Assembly (NCBI GenBank): GCA_965205865.1
Contig: CBDBHR010000028.1
Location: forward strand, 512,001-576,000
Reading direction: 5' to 3'
DNA: 64,000 nucleotides
DNA from: a bacterium
Lineage (GTDB): Bacteria; SAR324; NAC60-12
The translations under genes and the position numbers were made by a program. This document shows, one piece after another, positions 29,468-39,058 of this stretch (the first letter of the stretch is position 1; every line of letters starts with the position of its first letter). Under the pieces are notes generated by a model, which did no database searches, was not told the origin of the DNA, and saw nothing but the letters and a program-made list of their open reading frames with translations.

Positions 29468-31267
29468 CTAAAATCCCATTCGTTTCTTCAGCTCACTATC
29501 AATCCACAGGTATTGGAAGAGAACGTGATTTGTGTTTCCTCCCAGGATGCCCTCGCCGTCATAACCCATCAGCCACGGCTGGCCCACGTTAAACTGTGGA
29601 GCCAAAGGTCCAAAGAGCTGCCAGTGCTGCTCTATCATGCGCATGTCCATCTTTTTAATCAGCCCCTTCATCTCTTCCACAGTGGTAGCCGCTATGGCGG
29701 CTTCATACCAGGCGTCATATTGAGCGTCGACAACTGACATGCGGCTATTGCTGATTTTCGAGTAAAAGGTACTCATTTGCCAGATTGGATCAGCTTTGAT
29801 GCCCGAAATGTCCGAATGCATATCATAATCTACAGCCGCGGCTCTAGCATTATATTCTGCTTGCGGTGGTGTCTCAATATCAATATCAATACCAATCCCA
29901 CGCCAGTACGCAACCATGAATTCTGTCCAGCTCACAGGAAACCGATCGAAGTGCATATACGTGCTCTTGAATCTGATGCCGTCGGCGCCGCGCGGATACC
30001 CAGCGGCATCAAGCAACGCTTCTGCCCCATCCGGGTCATACATATAGGTTTTCTTGAGCTCTTCGGGCCACTCTTCAAATAGGGTAATAAAATCCTTATT
30101 TATCCTGCCTACAAATCCCTGGGGTATCGTATCTCCTAACCCCTTAAAGTAGGATTCGTTCATTGTCTCCAGGTCCAGTGCCATCTGCATCGCCTGGCGC
30201 ACCCTGACGTCGTCAAAGGGCGGCTTGGTTATGTTAAAATGAGCACTATTATCCGATCGCATTGACCACGGGTACTGCAAGATTTCGGGGTTGGTCCGCT
30301 GGAGGCTTAAATGCTGGTTGATCTCAAATATTTGAGTGGAGCCCGGCAAACCTATGTAATCGAGCTGACCTGAGCGCAGTCCCGCCAGACGTGTTGCATG
30401 TTCCACGATAACAAGACCCTTTACCTCGTCAACATAGGGCAGGCGGTTCTCCGGGTATTTTGGGTCGTAGCCCCAGTAGTTAGGGTTCTTGGTGTAGGTA
30501 AAAAAACTGCCATGGACCCAGTGAGTCAGCTCGTAGGGCCCGGTGCCAACCAGGTTCCTCCAATCGGAAATGTCGCCGTGTTCCTCGATTACCTCGCGGG
30601 GCTGAACACCCATAGACCAGTAGTCCAAGATAAGTTTTAGGGCACTGACAGCTGGCTGCTCCTTCATCTTCATAACAACCGTATATTTGTCGGTGGCCGT
30701 TACCGATTCCCAAGGCAAAGCTATGAAGGGTCCTCCGAATGGGGGAGGATCGGCTTCACTGAACTCGGTCCCTGTCAATTTATTTCCCAAATAGCGCTGA
30801 TAGCTGTATTCTACATCCTTGGCAGTTAGCTCCCGCCCACGCATCGGTGGCTTATCATGCCAGTGAACGCCCTGGCGGATTTGGAAGACATACGTTAGTG
30901 GGTCGGGCTGTTCCCAGCTTTCCGCAAGCGTCCCCATCAGGGCGAATACCTGCGTCATGTAACCGCCGCTAAAAGGATATAGGTCCCTTTTTAGTCCCCA
31001 GTTCAGCGTGGCCAGTCTCTCAGTAACGAGAGCGATCATGTTCATCGCCCCACCATTCACTGTGAGGTCAACATTAGTGCTAGTATAATCGCTTTGTTTG
31101 GCGAAGGTTATTGTCCCGCCCCACTCTGGCGCAGAGTACACCTTGCCGTTGGTGGAGTCGGTCACGTACTTGGCTGCCCAGACCTGGCCAGCCATGAAGA
31201 CGCTTGCTCCCAGGATGAGAGCCAGCAGGGTTGCGCTCAAAGTTGAGCTGCTTTTTTTACGGTTCAT
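29468..31267 (-). CDS. Family-5 ABC substrate-binding protein
   Basis: Signal peptide begins MNRKKSS at 31267; LAESWEQPD...FQIRQGVHWHDK, VGTGPY. The longer ORF to 31477 runs through a duplicated upstream segment. Confidence 0.88.
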   Translation of the reverse strand: MNRKKSSSTLSATLLALILGASVFMAGQVWAAKYVTDSTNGKVYSAPEWGGTITFAKQSDYTSTNVDLTVNGGAMNMIALVTERLATLNWGLKRDLYPFSGGYMTQVFALMGTLAESWEQPDPLTYVFQIRQGVHWHDKPPMRGRELTAKDVEYSYQRYLGNKLTGTEFSEADPPPFGGPFIALPWESVTATDKYTVVMKMKEQPAVSALKLILDYWSMGVQPREVIEEHGDISDWRNLVGTGPYELTHWVHGSFFTYTKNPNYWGYDPKYPENRLPYVDEVKGLVIVEHATRLAGLRSGQLDYIGLPGSTQIFEINQHLSLQRTNPEILQYPWSMRSDNSAHFNITKPPFDDVRVRQAMQMALDLETMNESYFKGLGDTIPQGFVGRINKDFITLFEEWPEELKKTYMYDPDGAEALLDAAGYPRGADGIRFKSTYMHFDRFPVSWTEFMVAYWRGIGIDIDIETPPQAEYNARAAAVDYDMHSDISGIKADPIWQMSTFYSKISNSRMSVVDAQYDAWYEAAIAATTVEEMKGLIKKMDMRMIEQHWQLFGPLAPQFNVGQPWLMGYDGEGILGGNTNHVLFQYLWIDSELKKRMGF

Positions 31268-31460
31268 CTTAGTCCTTTCTGCTTTTTGATTAAAAACAAG
31301 ATTATTAAAACCTGCTTTGATTCCCGAAAGCACGTTCTCGACGATTCCTCTACTTTTTTGACGGTTCATGGTACTCCTTTCTGCTTTTTGATTAAAAACA
31401 AGATTTCGGGTGGTTTTAAAGCCTGCTTTCATTCCCGAAAGCAGGTTCTCGACGATTTCT
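31251..31460. repeat. Diverged tandem duplication (about 102-bp period) covering the SBP start region
   Basis: Translates as two copies of IVENxLSGxKAGF..NLVFNQKAERxxMNRxKS. Confidence 0.85.
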
Positions 31461-31728
31461 CTAATGATTAGTTTCATTTTTTACCTTTATTATTATTTAG
31501 GTTGAAGGAATAAAAATTCATTTTCTGCTTACGTGATTTCACCATAGGCTTCTCCTTATAAGACTAATGACTAAAAAAAGGACGAACTCAGGTGTCCATG
31601 ATTTTCCAAATTCATTGACGTTCCCTTCCCGAAACGGGGAACGAGGAATCTTAGGGATCTCTCCCTGAAGTCGAGATAATATAAGGGGGTAGAACTTGTG
31701 ATTGGGAGCTTGGTGCTCGGAACTAATT

Positions 31729-31776
31729 ACTGGGAACTGGGAACTGGGAACTGGGAACTGGGAACTGGGAACTGGG
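31729..31776. repeat. Heptanucleotide microsatellite (ACTGGGA) x about 6.9
   Basis: Directly visible perfect repeat. Confidence 0.95.
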
Positions 31777-31861
31777 TGTTTAAGATTACTCTCATATCCA
31801 CCTTATTATCAAGGGATTTTTTATAATTGAAAATGGGTTAATTTCAGACTTTCATGTCATC

Positions 31862-32180
31862 CTGATTGATAGCTGACAGCTAAAAGCCATTTCGCGACAG
31901 CGACTCTTTAAGGATAATATTTTATATCAAGAAATAAATCAACATTTTTTTTAAGACATATCCGATTTAGTCATTTAAGGCAAATTTTTCATATCCAGAA
32001 ATAGTATAATCGCTCTGCAAGTATTTTACAAGCATTAAAGGCTATCTGTTCTCAGCTAACCGTTTTCACTTACAAAAAAACGGTATATCAATATGATTCA
32101 AAAACTGATAGCTGACAGCAGACGGCTAAAAGCTATTTCGCTACAGCGACTATTTAAGGCAAATTTTCTCATATCTAGAA
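31862..32180. repeat. Dispersed imperfect direct repeats in a long AT-rich intergenic region
   Basis: TGATAGCTGACAGC...TAAAAGC(C/T)ATTTCGC(G/T)ACAGCGACT near 31868 and 32106; TTTAAGGCAAATTTT..CATATC(C/T)AGAAA near 31974 and 32153. Confidence 0.7.
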
Positions 32181-32866
32181 AAGTAAGTCAATATGTTTTT
32201 TTTAAGAATATCCGGCACTTTTCAATTCTCAGTTGACAGTTTCTAAAAATCCTCTGGTGATGATATGATGTTTTACATGACTTTCGGCTAAATAAGTAGC
32301 GAAATTGAAATAAAACTTTCAGCAAAAGGCGATTTCTTGGAAACTATCACAAAAGAAAACGAAAGACCAGCAGAAATTCTTTAACCCTCTTTGAGGCCTC
32401 AGAGGGGGTGAAGGCCTCTTTTGATCGTTGGCCCTCTTGTGAAAAACAAGAGGCCCTGAGGAAGGCCACGACTTGTTTGCCTTCCCCCTCACAAGCCTGA
32501 ACTTTGCGATTGGCACCGCAGAACAACTCGACAGAATAGACAAATTTTCTAAAAATCAACGATTCTCTCCAAAAAGGAATCCCCTCACCATATTGAGCTC
32601 AGCGCCTTACCAAGGAAGAAAAAGCAGCGGATGAGGAAACCATTTCCAGCAGGGAAACCCTCTTTGCTTTCCTGGAGCACCCGAGGGAGGAGGTCAAATA
32701 CTCCGTGAGGCGCCTTCATCCCTTGACCATTTTGAAAGAGGTATTTTTTCTTACAATTGCTCCTCTCCCTTTCTCTTCCCCTTGCGAATCATTGTATGTT
32801 GTTTCCTTTGAGGTCAATATGTTATCGTTTATTTTGATTCGACTGGTAACAACTTAAGAAAAAAGC

Positions 32867-32990
32867 GCCCACCAGGCAGTTCACTGGACGCCCACCCCTG
32901 CGCTTTTCATGAAGTTTTGTGGCAGACTGTCAGTTCATCTCTATTCCAATGGTCATTATCGGGTGGGCGCAAGTGATCTTTGCGTTAGTC
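32867..32990 (+). other. attC-like recombination site 1 (124 bp)
   Basis: R'' GCCCACC (degenerate RYYYAAC), arms TCACTGGACGCCCACCC / GGGTGGGCGCAAGTGA, R' GTTAGTC. Confidence 0.72.
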
Positions 32991-33020
32991 TTTTGAAGAA
33001 GTTAAACTTAAGAAAACCCA

Positions 33021-33506
33021 ATGAGTAGTGAATTAAGAGAAATCACCGGATTTCGTGGTGAAAAGATCGTCGAGCTTTGTTTGACCGATTATCAAGCATT
33101 TTCACAACCTCTTTTTCGCCCTGGATTTCTCGGTGACAAGTGGCCGGCTATTGACTTATATGTTGAATTAACCGCTGTTCGTGGAAAACGTTTATACTTT
33201 TTTGGACAAGCGAAAGCGACAACCTCTCCGTTGACAGTGCGGTCAATAAATCTTAGTATCTCAACAAAGAAAAAGGACATTGATCATCTCCTACGGATTC
33301 CCGGACCGACGTACATTCTTGGAGTTCATGAACCCTCTAAAAGAGTATTTGTCCGATCTGTTCATACCGGTATTCCTGTTAAAGCCATTACTCGAATACC
33401 ATTAGCATATGAACTCACTGGTGCAAACCTCCAAAAATTGCATGAGGAGGTTCGTAATTATTGGTCAACAACTGACCATAAACCTACATCTTCTGTATTC
33501 GCATGA
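33021..33506 (+). CDS. Small PD-(D/E)XK-fold protein, DUF4365-like (ID...QAK)
   Basis: N-terminal helix GFRGE, then KWPAIDLYVEL...FFGQAKATT. Confidence 0.7.
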   Translation: MSSELREITGFRGEKIVELCLTDYQAFSQPLFRPGFLGDKWPAIDLYVELTAVRGKRLYFFGQAKATTSPLTVRSINLSISTKKKDIDHLLRIPGPTYILGVHEPSKRVFVRSVHTGIPVKAITRIPLAYELTGANLQKLHEEVRNYWSTTDHKPTSSVFA

Positions 33507-33925
33507 CAGCTAAACAATCCCAGGCATACATGATTGGGCGCAGGGCCGAGCTAATCGTAGAGTTGTTTCTTCAAGAGTTCAATCCGTCCTTCGTCGCTAA
33601 ACCAACAACTGACTTTGGTTACGATTTTTTTGTTGGCTTTCCAAACGCTGATGGTGGCATTAACAATTATGCTATTGAAGTCAAAGCGACTGAGCGGCAA
33701 GTTCCATCGCGTTTCCGCATGAAGACTTCCTTGTATGAGCGTTTGGCTTATTCAAATATTCCGGCATTATTGCTCGTTGTAGACGTGAAACAAAATCGGA
33801 TGTTTTATGCATGGCTCACTCCTGAGGCAACTCAGAGTCGTAACGAAGCTCAAACAGTTTCAATTCCCGTCACAGAAGTAGATGATGCGGCCAAGGAGAA
33901 ACTGCTCAATCAACTTACTAGCTAA
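33503..33925 (+). CDS. DUF4365-like PD-(D/E)XK nuclease-fold protein
   Basis: GRRAE, DFGYDFFV, AIEVKAT, NIPALLLVVDVK; ATGA overlap with the upstream gene. Confidence 0.8.
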   Translation: MTAKQSQAYMIGRRAELIVELFLQEFNPSFVAKPTTDFGYDFFVGFPNADGGINNYAIEVKATERQVPSRFRMKTSLYERLAYSNIPALLLVVDVKQNRMFYAWLTPEATQSRNEAQTVSIPVTEVDDAAKEKLLNQLTS

Positions 33926-34047
33926 TAAAGCGTTCCACCGGATTTCATGGGGCCGCGCTCCGATCGATACTTCACGCAAGTTTTAAAATTTGTTCCATCA
34001 GCCACGTTCATTGTAGCCCCATGAACCCGGTGAACTTGTCGTTCTGT
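33920..34047 (+). other. attC-like recombination site 2 (128 bp)
   Basis: R'' AGCTAAT overlaps the TAA stop; arms GTTC[C]ACCGG[A]TTTCATGGGGC / GCCCCATGAACCCGGTGAAC with two unpaired bases; R' GTTCTGT. Confidence 0.8.
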
Positions 34048-34095
34048 CACTCTTCTCCATCGAACCCTCTATCCTGCTGTTGCATTCTATCCAGC

Positions 34096-34124
34096 TTGAC
34101 ATTCGGTCATTTTTGTCCGATTCT
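34096..34124 (+). promoter_or_regulatory. Putative hicAB promoter with palindromic operator
   Basis: TTGACA-17 nt-GATTCT; TCGGTCA-TTTT-TGTCCGA inverted repeat in the spacer; ATG lies 7 nt past the -10. Confidence 0.6.
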
Positions 34125-34130
34125 ATTCAT

Positions 34131-34343
34131 ATGACTGGCAATGAATTTATTCGAAAACTTAAGAAGTTGGGACGCAAGAATGGCGTTGAAGTTCGCTTTG
34201 TCGCACAACGTGGTAAAGGAAGTCATGGGACGCTCTTTTATGGAGCAGCCTTTACAGTTGTAAGAAATCCAAAGGACGAACTCAAAAAAGGGACGTTGCA
34301 CGCCATGCTCGCTCAACTCAACCTAGAATTGGAAGATTTATAA
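34131..34343 (+). CDS. hicA: HicA-family toxin (intact)
   Basis: MTGNEFIRKLKKLG...RGKGSHGTL...ELKKGTLHAMLAQL. Confidence 0.88.
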   Translation: MTGNEFIRKLKKLGRKNGVEVRFVAQRGKGSHGTLFYGAAFTVVRNPKDELKKGTLHAMLAQLNLELEDL

Positions 34344-34352
34344 GAGGTCGTT

Positions 34353-34573
34353 ATGCAGAGTTTTGTTTATCCAGTGAAACTTACAGCTGATAAAGAGGAT
34401 GGAGGGTTTGTTGTCACCTTTCGAGATTTGCCCGAAGCAATTAGCCAAGGAGAAAACATCAAAGATGCCTTATCTGAGGCAGTCGATTGTCTTGAAGAAG
34501 CGATCGCCAATCGGATCGTGATGGATTTGTCTATTCCAATCCCATCTAATTGTAAAAAAGGAGAATATTTGAT
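34353..34573 (+). pseudogene. hicB: HicB antitoxin, C-terminus replaced by inserted DNA (reading frame continues to 34874)
   Basis: HicB N-domain to IPIPSNCKKGEYL, then non-homologous, low-complexity sequence. Confidence 0.78.
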
Positions 34574-34860
34574 GGGTGGTCTCCGCAAACTGCTTAGCAT
34601 AATAGGCTTCCTTTTGGAAGAAGATGGTAGTACCACAACTACCACTTCTCTCCAACAAGGAAGCCATGAATCCATTAAATACAGAGTTACGCTTATTTTG
34701 TCCATGTCCTCACTGTCCACATTATCAGCAACCAGAGAATCGGATTTGGAAGATGGGGACCTATCCGGTGCAATCCGAATCCGGACGACGCCAATTGTAT
34801 TGGTGTTCAAGGCCAACACAAATTTTTGGAAACGCATTTCAGTGAAGAGAATTTTAAGAG
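34574..34860 (+). mobile_element. IS1-family-like remnant (InsA-type zinc-ribbon N-terminus)
   Basis: RBS plus ORF from 34666: FCPCPHCPHY...IWKMGTY...RRQLYWC; truncated. Confidence 0.5.
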
Positions 34861-34911
34861 AGCCGCCTGGATAAGGGGGTGTATCCCTAATCGTAATTCT
34901 GCCGACTCCCC

Positions 34912-35697
34912 CTATTTTCTGTATAGTTCCCGTTTTTTTTCATTACTGCTGCCATACCACTTTGCTTCCCAAGAGTCTTCCCTCCAAACATTTTCAAAGG
35001 GGTAAACATCAAAGACGGGAGTGTAGGCACGCGGATGTTGGGTGACAGCAAGTAAAATCACTGCTGCGATATCTTCAGGCTGCATAAGTTTTTCACGATA
35101 GACATCATGATTATCATGCTGCATCTTTGTATCGACGTTTCCTGGACGAATGAGTATCGCCCTCACCCCATGGGGATGCCCCTCTTCTTGTGTAATCCCC
35201 GTGAGACCTCCTAACCCCCACTTGGCTGAGGCATAGGCCGCCATCTTGTAAGGGTAGTACTTTCCTGCAAGAGAAGAGACATTGACGATGTGCCCACTTC
35301 CTTGCTGACACATATGACTGAACACTGCTTGAGTACAAAGAAAAACAGCTTTGAGGTTGACGTTGATTTGAATGTCCCAGTCCTCCTCACTGATATCAGG
35401 AATAGCTTTATGATCAGCAAATCCGGCATTATTCACCAGGATATCGACCTTGCCAAAACGGTCTGAGGTTTGTTGGACCATGGCATCCACATCCGCCTTC
35501 TTAGCAACGTCTGTTGCCACCGCAAGCACTTCCCTGCTTATACTGCGAATTTCCTCAGCAACGACTTCGATCTCAGAGACAGTGCGCGCTGCCAGAACCA
35601 AGTGAGCGCCTTCCTGAGCCAAGGCCAGTGCCGTGGCTCTGCCAATGCCCCTACCGGCGCCTGTGACGATAGCCACTTTTCCTTCCAGTTTCATCAT
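34912..35697 (-). CDS. Short-chain dehydrogenase/reductase
   Basis: TGAGRGIG, NNAG, YASAK. Confidence 0.92.
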   Translation of the reverse strand: MMKLEGKVAIVTGAGRGIGRATALALAQEGAHLVLAARTVSEIEVVAEEIRSISREVLAVATDVAKKADVDAMVQQTSDRFGKVDILVNNAGFADHKAIPDISEEDWDIQINVNLKAVFLCTQAVFSHMCQQGSGHIVNVSSLAGKYYPYKMAAYASAKWGLGGLTGITQEEGHPHGVRAILIRPGNVDTKMQHDNHDVYREKLMQPEDIAAVILLAVTQHPRAYTPVFDVYPFENVWREDSWEAKWYGSSNEKKRELYRK

Positions 35698-35973
35698 AAT
35701 TTTTCCTTAAAGATTGATAATTAGTATCTTGTGATTTTCTCCATATTTCGAATTTTATCGGACTTTCAGCCTCCTAACGGGTAGAATTCTTTTAGAACAA
35801 GAAAGCACCTTTGAGGGTGTTTTTGAAGAATTCATCCATCAAGAAGTAGCCTCATGATAGAATCAAATTATGAAGAAGTCCACTCTCAGGAGTGAATTAA
35901 GAGAAATATTTCAGATTCGACATGAGCCAAAAAAAACAAAAAAAGGGCTCGGCTTGGCAGGTTTGTCAGTCAA

Positions 35974-37952
35974 TCAGTACCAGTGGTAGTCGGAATCTTC
36001 GGGGTATTTGGTTTGGTTCCAGAATTCGAGCAAGGTGAAGGGCCAATTCTGGCTCACCCGGCCTTTGACGCTTTTGTACCAGCTATTGACATGGGGGGCG
36101 CCCCAGGGGCGATTGAGATTCCCTTCATCGATCCATTGGTTGTAGGAGTCATGGACTGCCGATTTGCAATCGAGGGCCGCCTGACCGGATCTGAGCAGTT
36201 GTTCAAAACATCCCAGGATGTAGCGCATTTCGCATTCGGAAAAGAATATGATACTGCCGTTGGCCACAATATTCGTATTGGGGCCATACATGCAAAACAG
36301 ATTGGGAAATTGGGGAATGGTGATGCCCAAGTAAGCCCGTGGATCGCCGTCCCAGTGTTCTTGCAGGTCGACCCCACCCCGCCCTTTGATGGTCATCGGC
36401 CAGAGCATGCGACTGGGATAAAATCCGCAGGCATAGAGGATCACGTCCACCTCATAATTTTTATTGGTTTTGCTCCTCAGCCCCGTCTCCGTGATGGCAT
36501 CAATCGGATCGGTGATGAGATGAACATTCTCGCGTTTCAGGGCCCGGAGCCAATGCCCGTTGTCGAGCAGCATCCGCTTACCTGCCGGGGGATAGGGCGG
36601 GATACATTTTTCTAATAATTCCTTATCGTCTCCAACAATTTTAGTGATGCCTTCGGTGAACAACTCCCGAATCTCTTCATTGAGCGCACTGATGGAGCGG
36701 GTTTGGTACGGCCAGGCTTCGTCTTTTTGCACGTATTTGAGGATCCCTTCGGCATTTTGCCAGAATAAGAACAACCGGAACCATTTGGCATAATAGGGCA
36801 AATGGTGGTTCAGCCAATGCCCCTCCTCCGAGTAATCGTCATGGTATTCAGGAATGTGTATGATCCAATTCGGCGTGCGTTGAAACACATAAACTTTCTC
36901 AGCTTGTTGGGCGATCTCCGGAACAGACTGAAAGGCACTGGCGCCTGTGCCCACGACGGCAATCCGCTTACCGGTCAAATCATGCTCGTGCTGCCAGCGG
37001 GCGGTATGAAAGGCAATCCCTTTAAACGACTTCCGTCCTTCAATTTCAGGGAGTTTGGGACGATTGAGTTGACCGACCGCACTGATGATGGCGTTGGCCT
37101 GCAGGGTTTCTCGCGCACCATCCTGCCCTTCAATCCGGACGGTCCAGGTGTTTGTGATTTCATCGTATTCGGCGGATTCCACCGAGGTTTTGAAGCGGAT
37201 ATTCGGCCGGATGCCAAATTCATCGGCACAGCGGGTGAAGTACTCCCGCAGTACCGGTTGCGTCGAAAAAATCTTAGGCCAGTCCTGAGGTTTGAAGGAG
37301 TAGGAATATGTATGGTTGGGATTGTCCACCCGGCACCCCGGATAAGTATTCTCATACCAGGTGCCTCCCACATTCGCGTTTTTCTCAATGACGGTATAGG
37401 CAATGCCGGTTTCCTCGAGCCGGAAAGCGGCCAAGATCCCGGACATCCCGGAACCGATGATGATGACGTGAAACGCGGCTCGTTTCTCAGGCGGGATCTC
37501 TTGTAACCCCGGTTGTTCAAACGGGTCTCTTCCGTCTAAAAGCAATTCAGCCATCAAGAATTTCCCATAATCCGCAGGCAGGGGTTCCCATTTTAATAGA
37601 TCGACCATGAAATCCATCATTTCCCGCACCTGCTCCACATTGGAAGGGGGAGCCAACGGGCAGCCCATTGGAAGGGGGAGCCAACGGGCAGCTCATCCCT
37701 GTCGCGATAATTCTTGAGGATCTCCAAGGCTTGTGCCCGCACCTGCGCTTGTTGCTCTTCACTGACGCCAAACGTACGATCAAACGGTGTGCGGGATTTC
37801 GGGCGAATCTCCCCCCGGATGAGGGACATGTCTCCTGTCACCATGGCCAGCGAGACTATCAACACTGGGATATTGGCTTTCTCCAAAACCGCTTTGAGGG
37901 TTTCATCGTCTTCGCTGATCGGCTCCCAGCTATCAAATTGCGTTTTACTCAT
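35974..37952 (-). pseudogene. Baeyer-Villiger monooxygenase (HAPMO-like N-terminal extension), frameshifted near 37638-37696
   Basis: GSGMSG, GGTWYENTYPG, FKGIAFHTARW (FxGxxxHxxxW), GTGASA; N-terminal part in another frame, joined at a 27-bp duplication. Confidence 0.85.
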
Positions 37953-38029
37953 GATTCTCCATTTTAATAGATCGTCAAATGTTTCTTCCAGGTTTGATTG
38001 AAAAAGGCAAAATTCAAGACTTGAGCTCT

Positions 38030-38800
38030 TTAACACCGTTTAGCCACACCCCCATCAACCATATAAATGCTACCGGTGCAATGTCGACTTTCATCACTGG
38101 CCAGAAAGAGAATCATCCGGGCAATGTCACGGGGGGTCGCATAATGTTTCAGGCTGATCCCTTGTTCAATCTTTCGTTTGGCTTCTTCGCTGTCCTCTGG
38201 TGATATTTGTTCCTCAATGGAGCGCATCATACGGGTCTCAGTAGATCCGGGATTGATAGTGTTGACCCGAATGCCCATGGGACCACATTCGGTGGCAGCG
38301 GTACGCATAAGACCGATGACGGCGTGTTTGCTGGCCACATAGGCCGACATGCAGTTATCGCCGCTGAGACCGGAGGTGGAGGAAGTGATGACAATGCTGC
38401 CGCCAACTCCTTTTTGCATCTCCGGGATGACATATTTGAGCCCTAACCACACCCCACGGACATTTATGGCCATCACTTTATCAAAGGTCTCAATGGAGTA
38501 GTCCGGTATCGGTTTGATCTCTCCTTCGATGCCGGCATTGTTGATGAAGACATCGATGCCCCCCCACCGTTCAACGGCTGTCCGGGTGTAGTGTTGGACT
38601 TGCTCCGGCTGGGTCACATCGGCCACCACATAACTGGCGGTATCGCTGCCGATGGTGGCCACCGCCTCTTGCAGGGCATTTTCATTCAGGTCCACCAGCA
38701 GCACTTTTGCGCCCTCCTGAACAAAAAGGGTGCTGGTTGCCAGGCCGATCCCGCCTGTGCCTCCGGTGACAATCGCTCTTTTTTCAGCTAATCGTGTCAT
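38030..38800 (-). CDS. Short-chain dehydrogenase/reductase
   Basis: TGGTGGIG, NNAGI, YVASK. Confidence 0.93.
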   Translation of the reverse strand: MTRLAEKRAIVTGGTGGIGLATSTLFVQEGAKVLLVDLNENALQEAVATIGSDTASYVVADVTQPEQVQHYTRTAVERWGGIDVFINNAGIEGEIKPIPDYSIETFDKVMAINVRGVWLGLKYVIPEMQKGVGGSIVITSSTSGLSGDNCMSAYVASKHAVIGLMRTAATECGPMGIRVNTINPGSTETRMMRSIEEQISPEDSEEAKRKIEQGISLKHYATPRDIARMILFLASDESRHCTGSIYMVDGGVAKRC

Positions 38801-38819
38801 GCTTTATCTCCTTTGAAAA

Positions 38820-38920
38820 TCAATCCTTGCAGAAATCTGTGATCAATTGGTTGACCTCGGTGGCACTTTCCATCCGGAGCATGTGACCGCCGTCTTCAAT
38901 GATATGGACATTCTTCGACC
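38820..38920 (-). pseudogene. C-terminal fragment of an alpha/beta hydrolase
   Basis: VHIIEDGGHMLRMESATEVNQLITDF resembles the catalytic-His end of the fold. Confidence 0.5.
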
Positions 38921-39058
38921 TCTTTGCTGACGCCCTCACTGCCTCCTTCCTCAACTCCGCCCCCGATCTGCGCTGGCTGTCCGACGCCTGATCCGGATGA
39001 TGATCAGAGAGGCTGACATCCTCTGAACGCTTACCTTGCTTCACTCCTGTTTTAGTTA

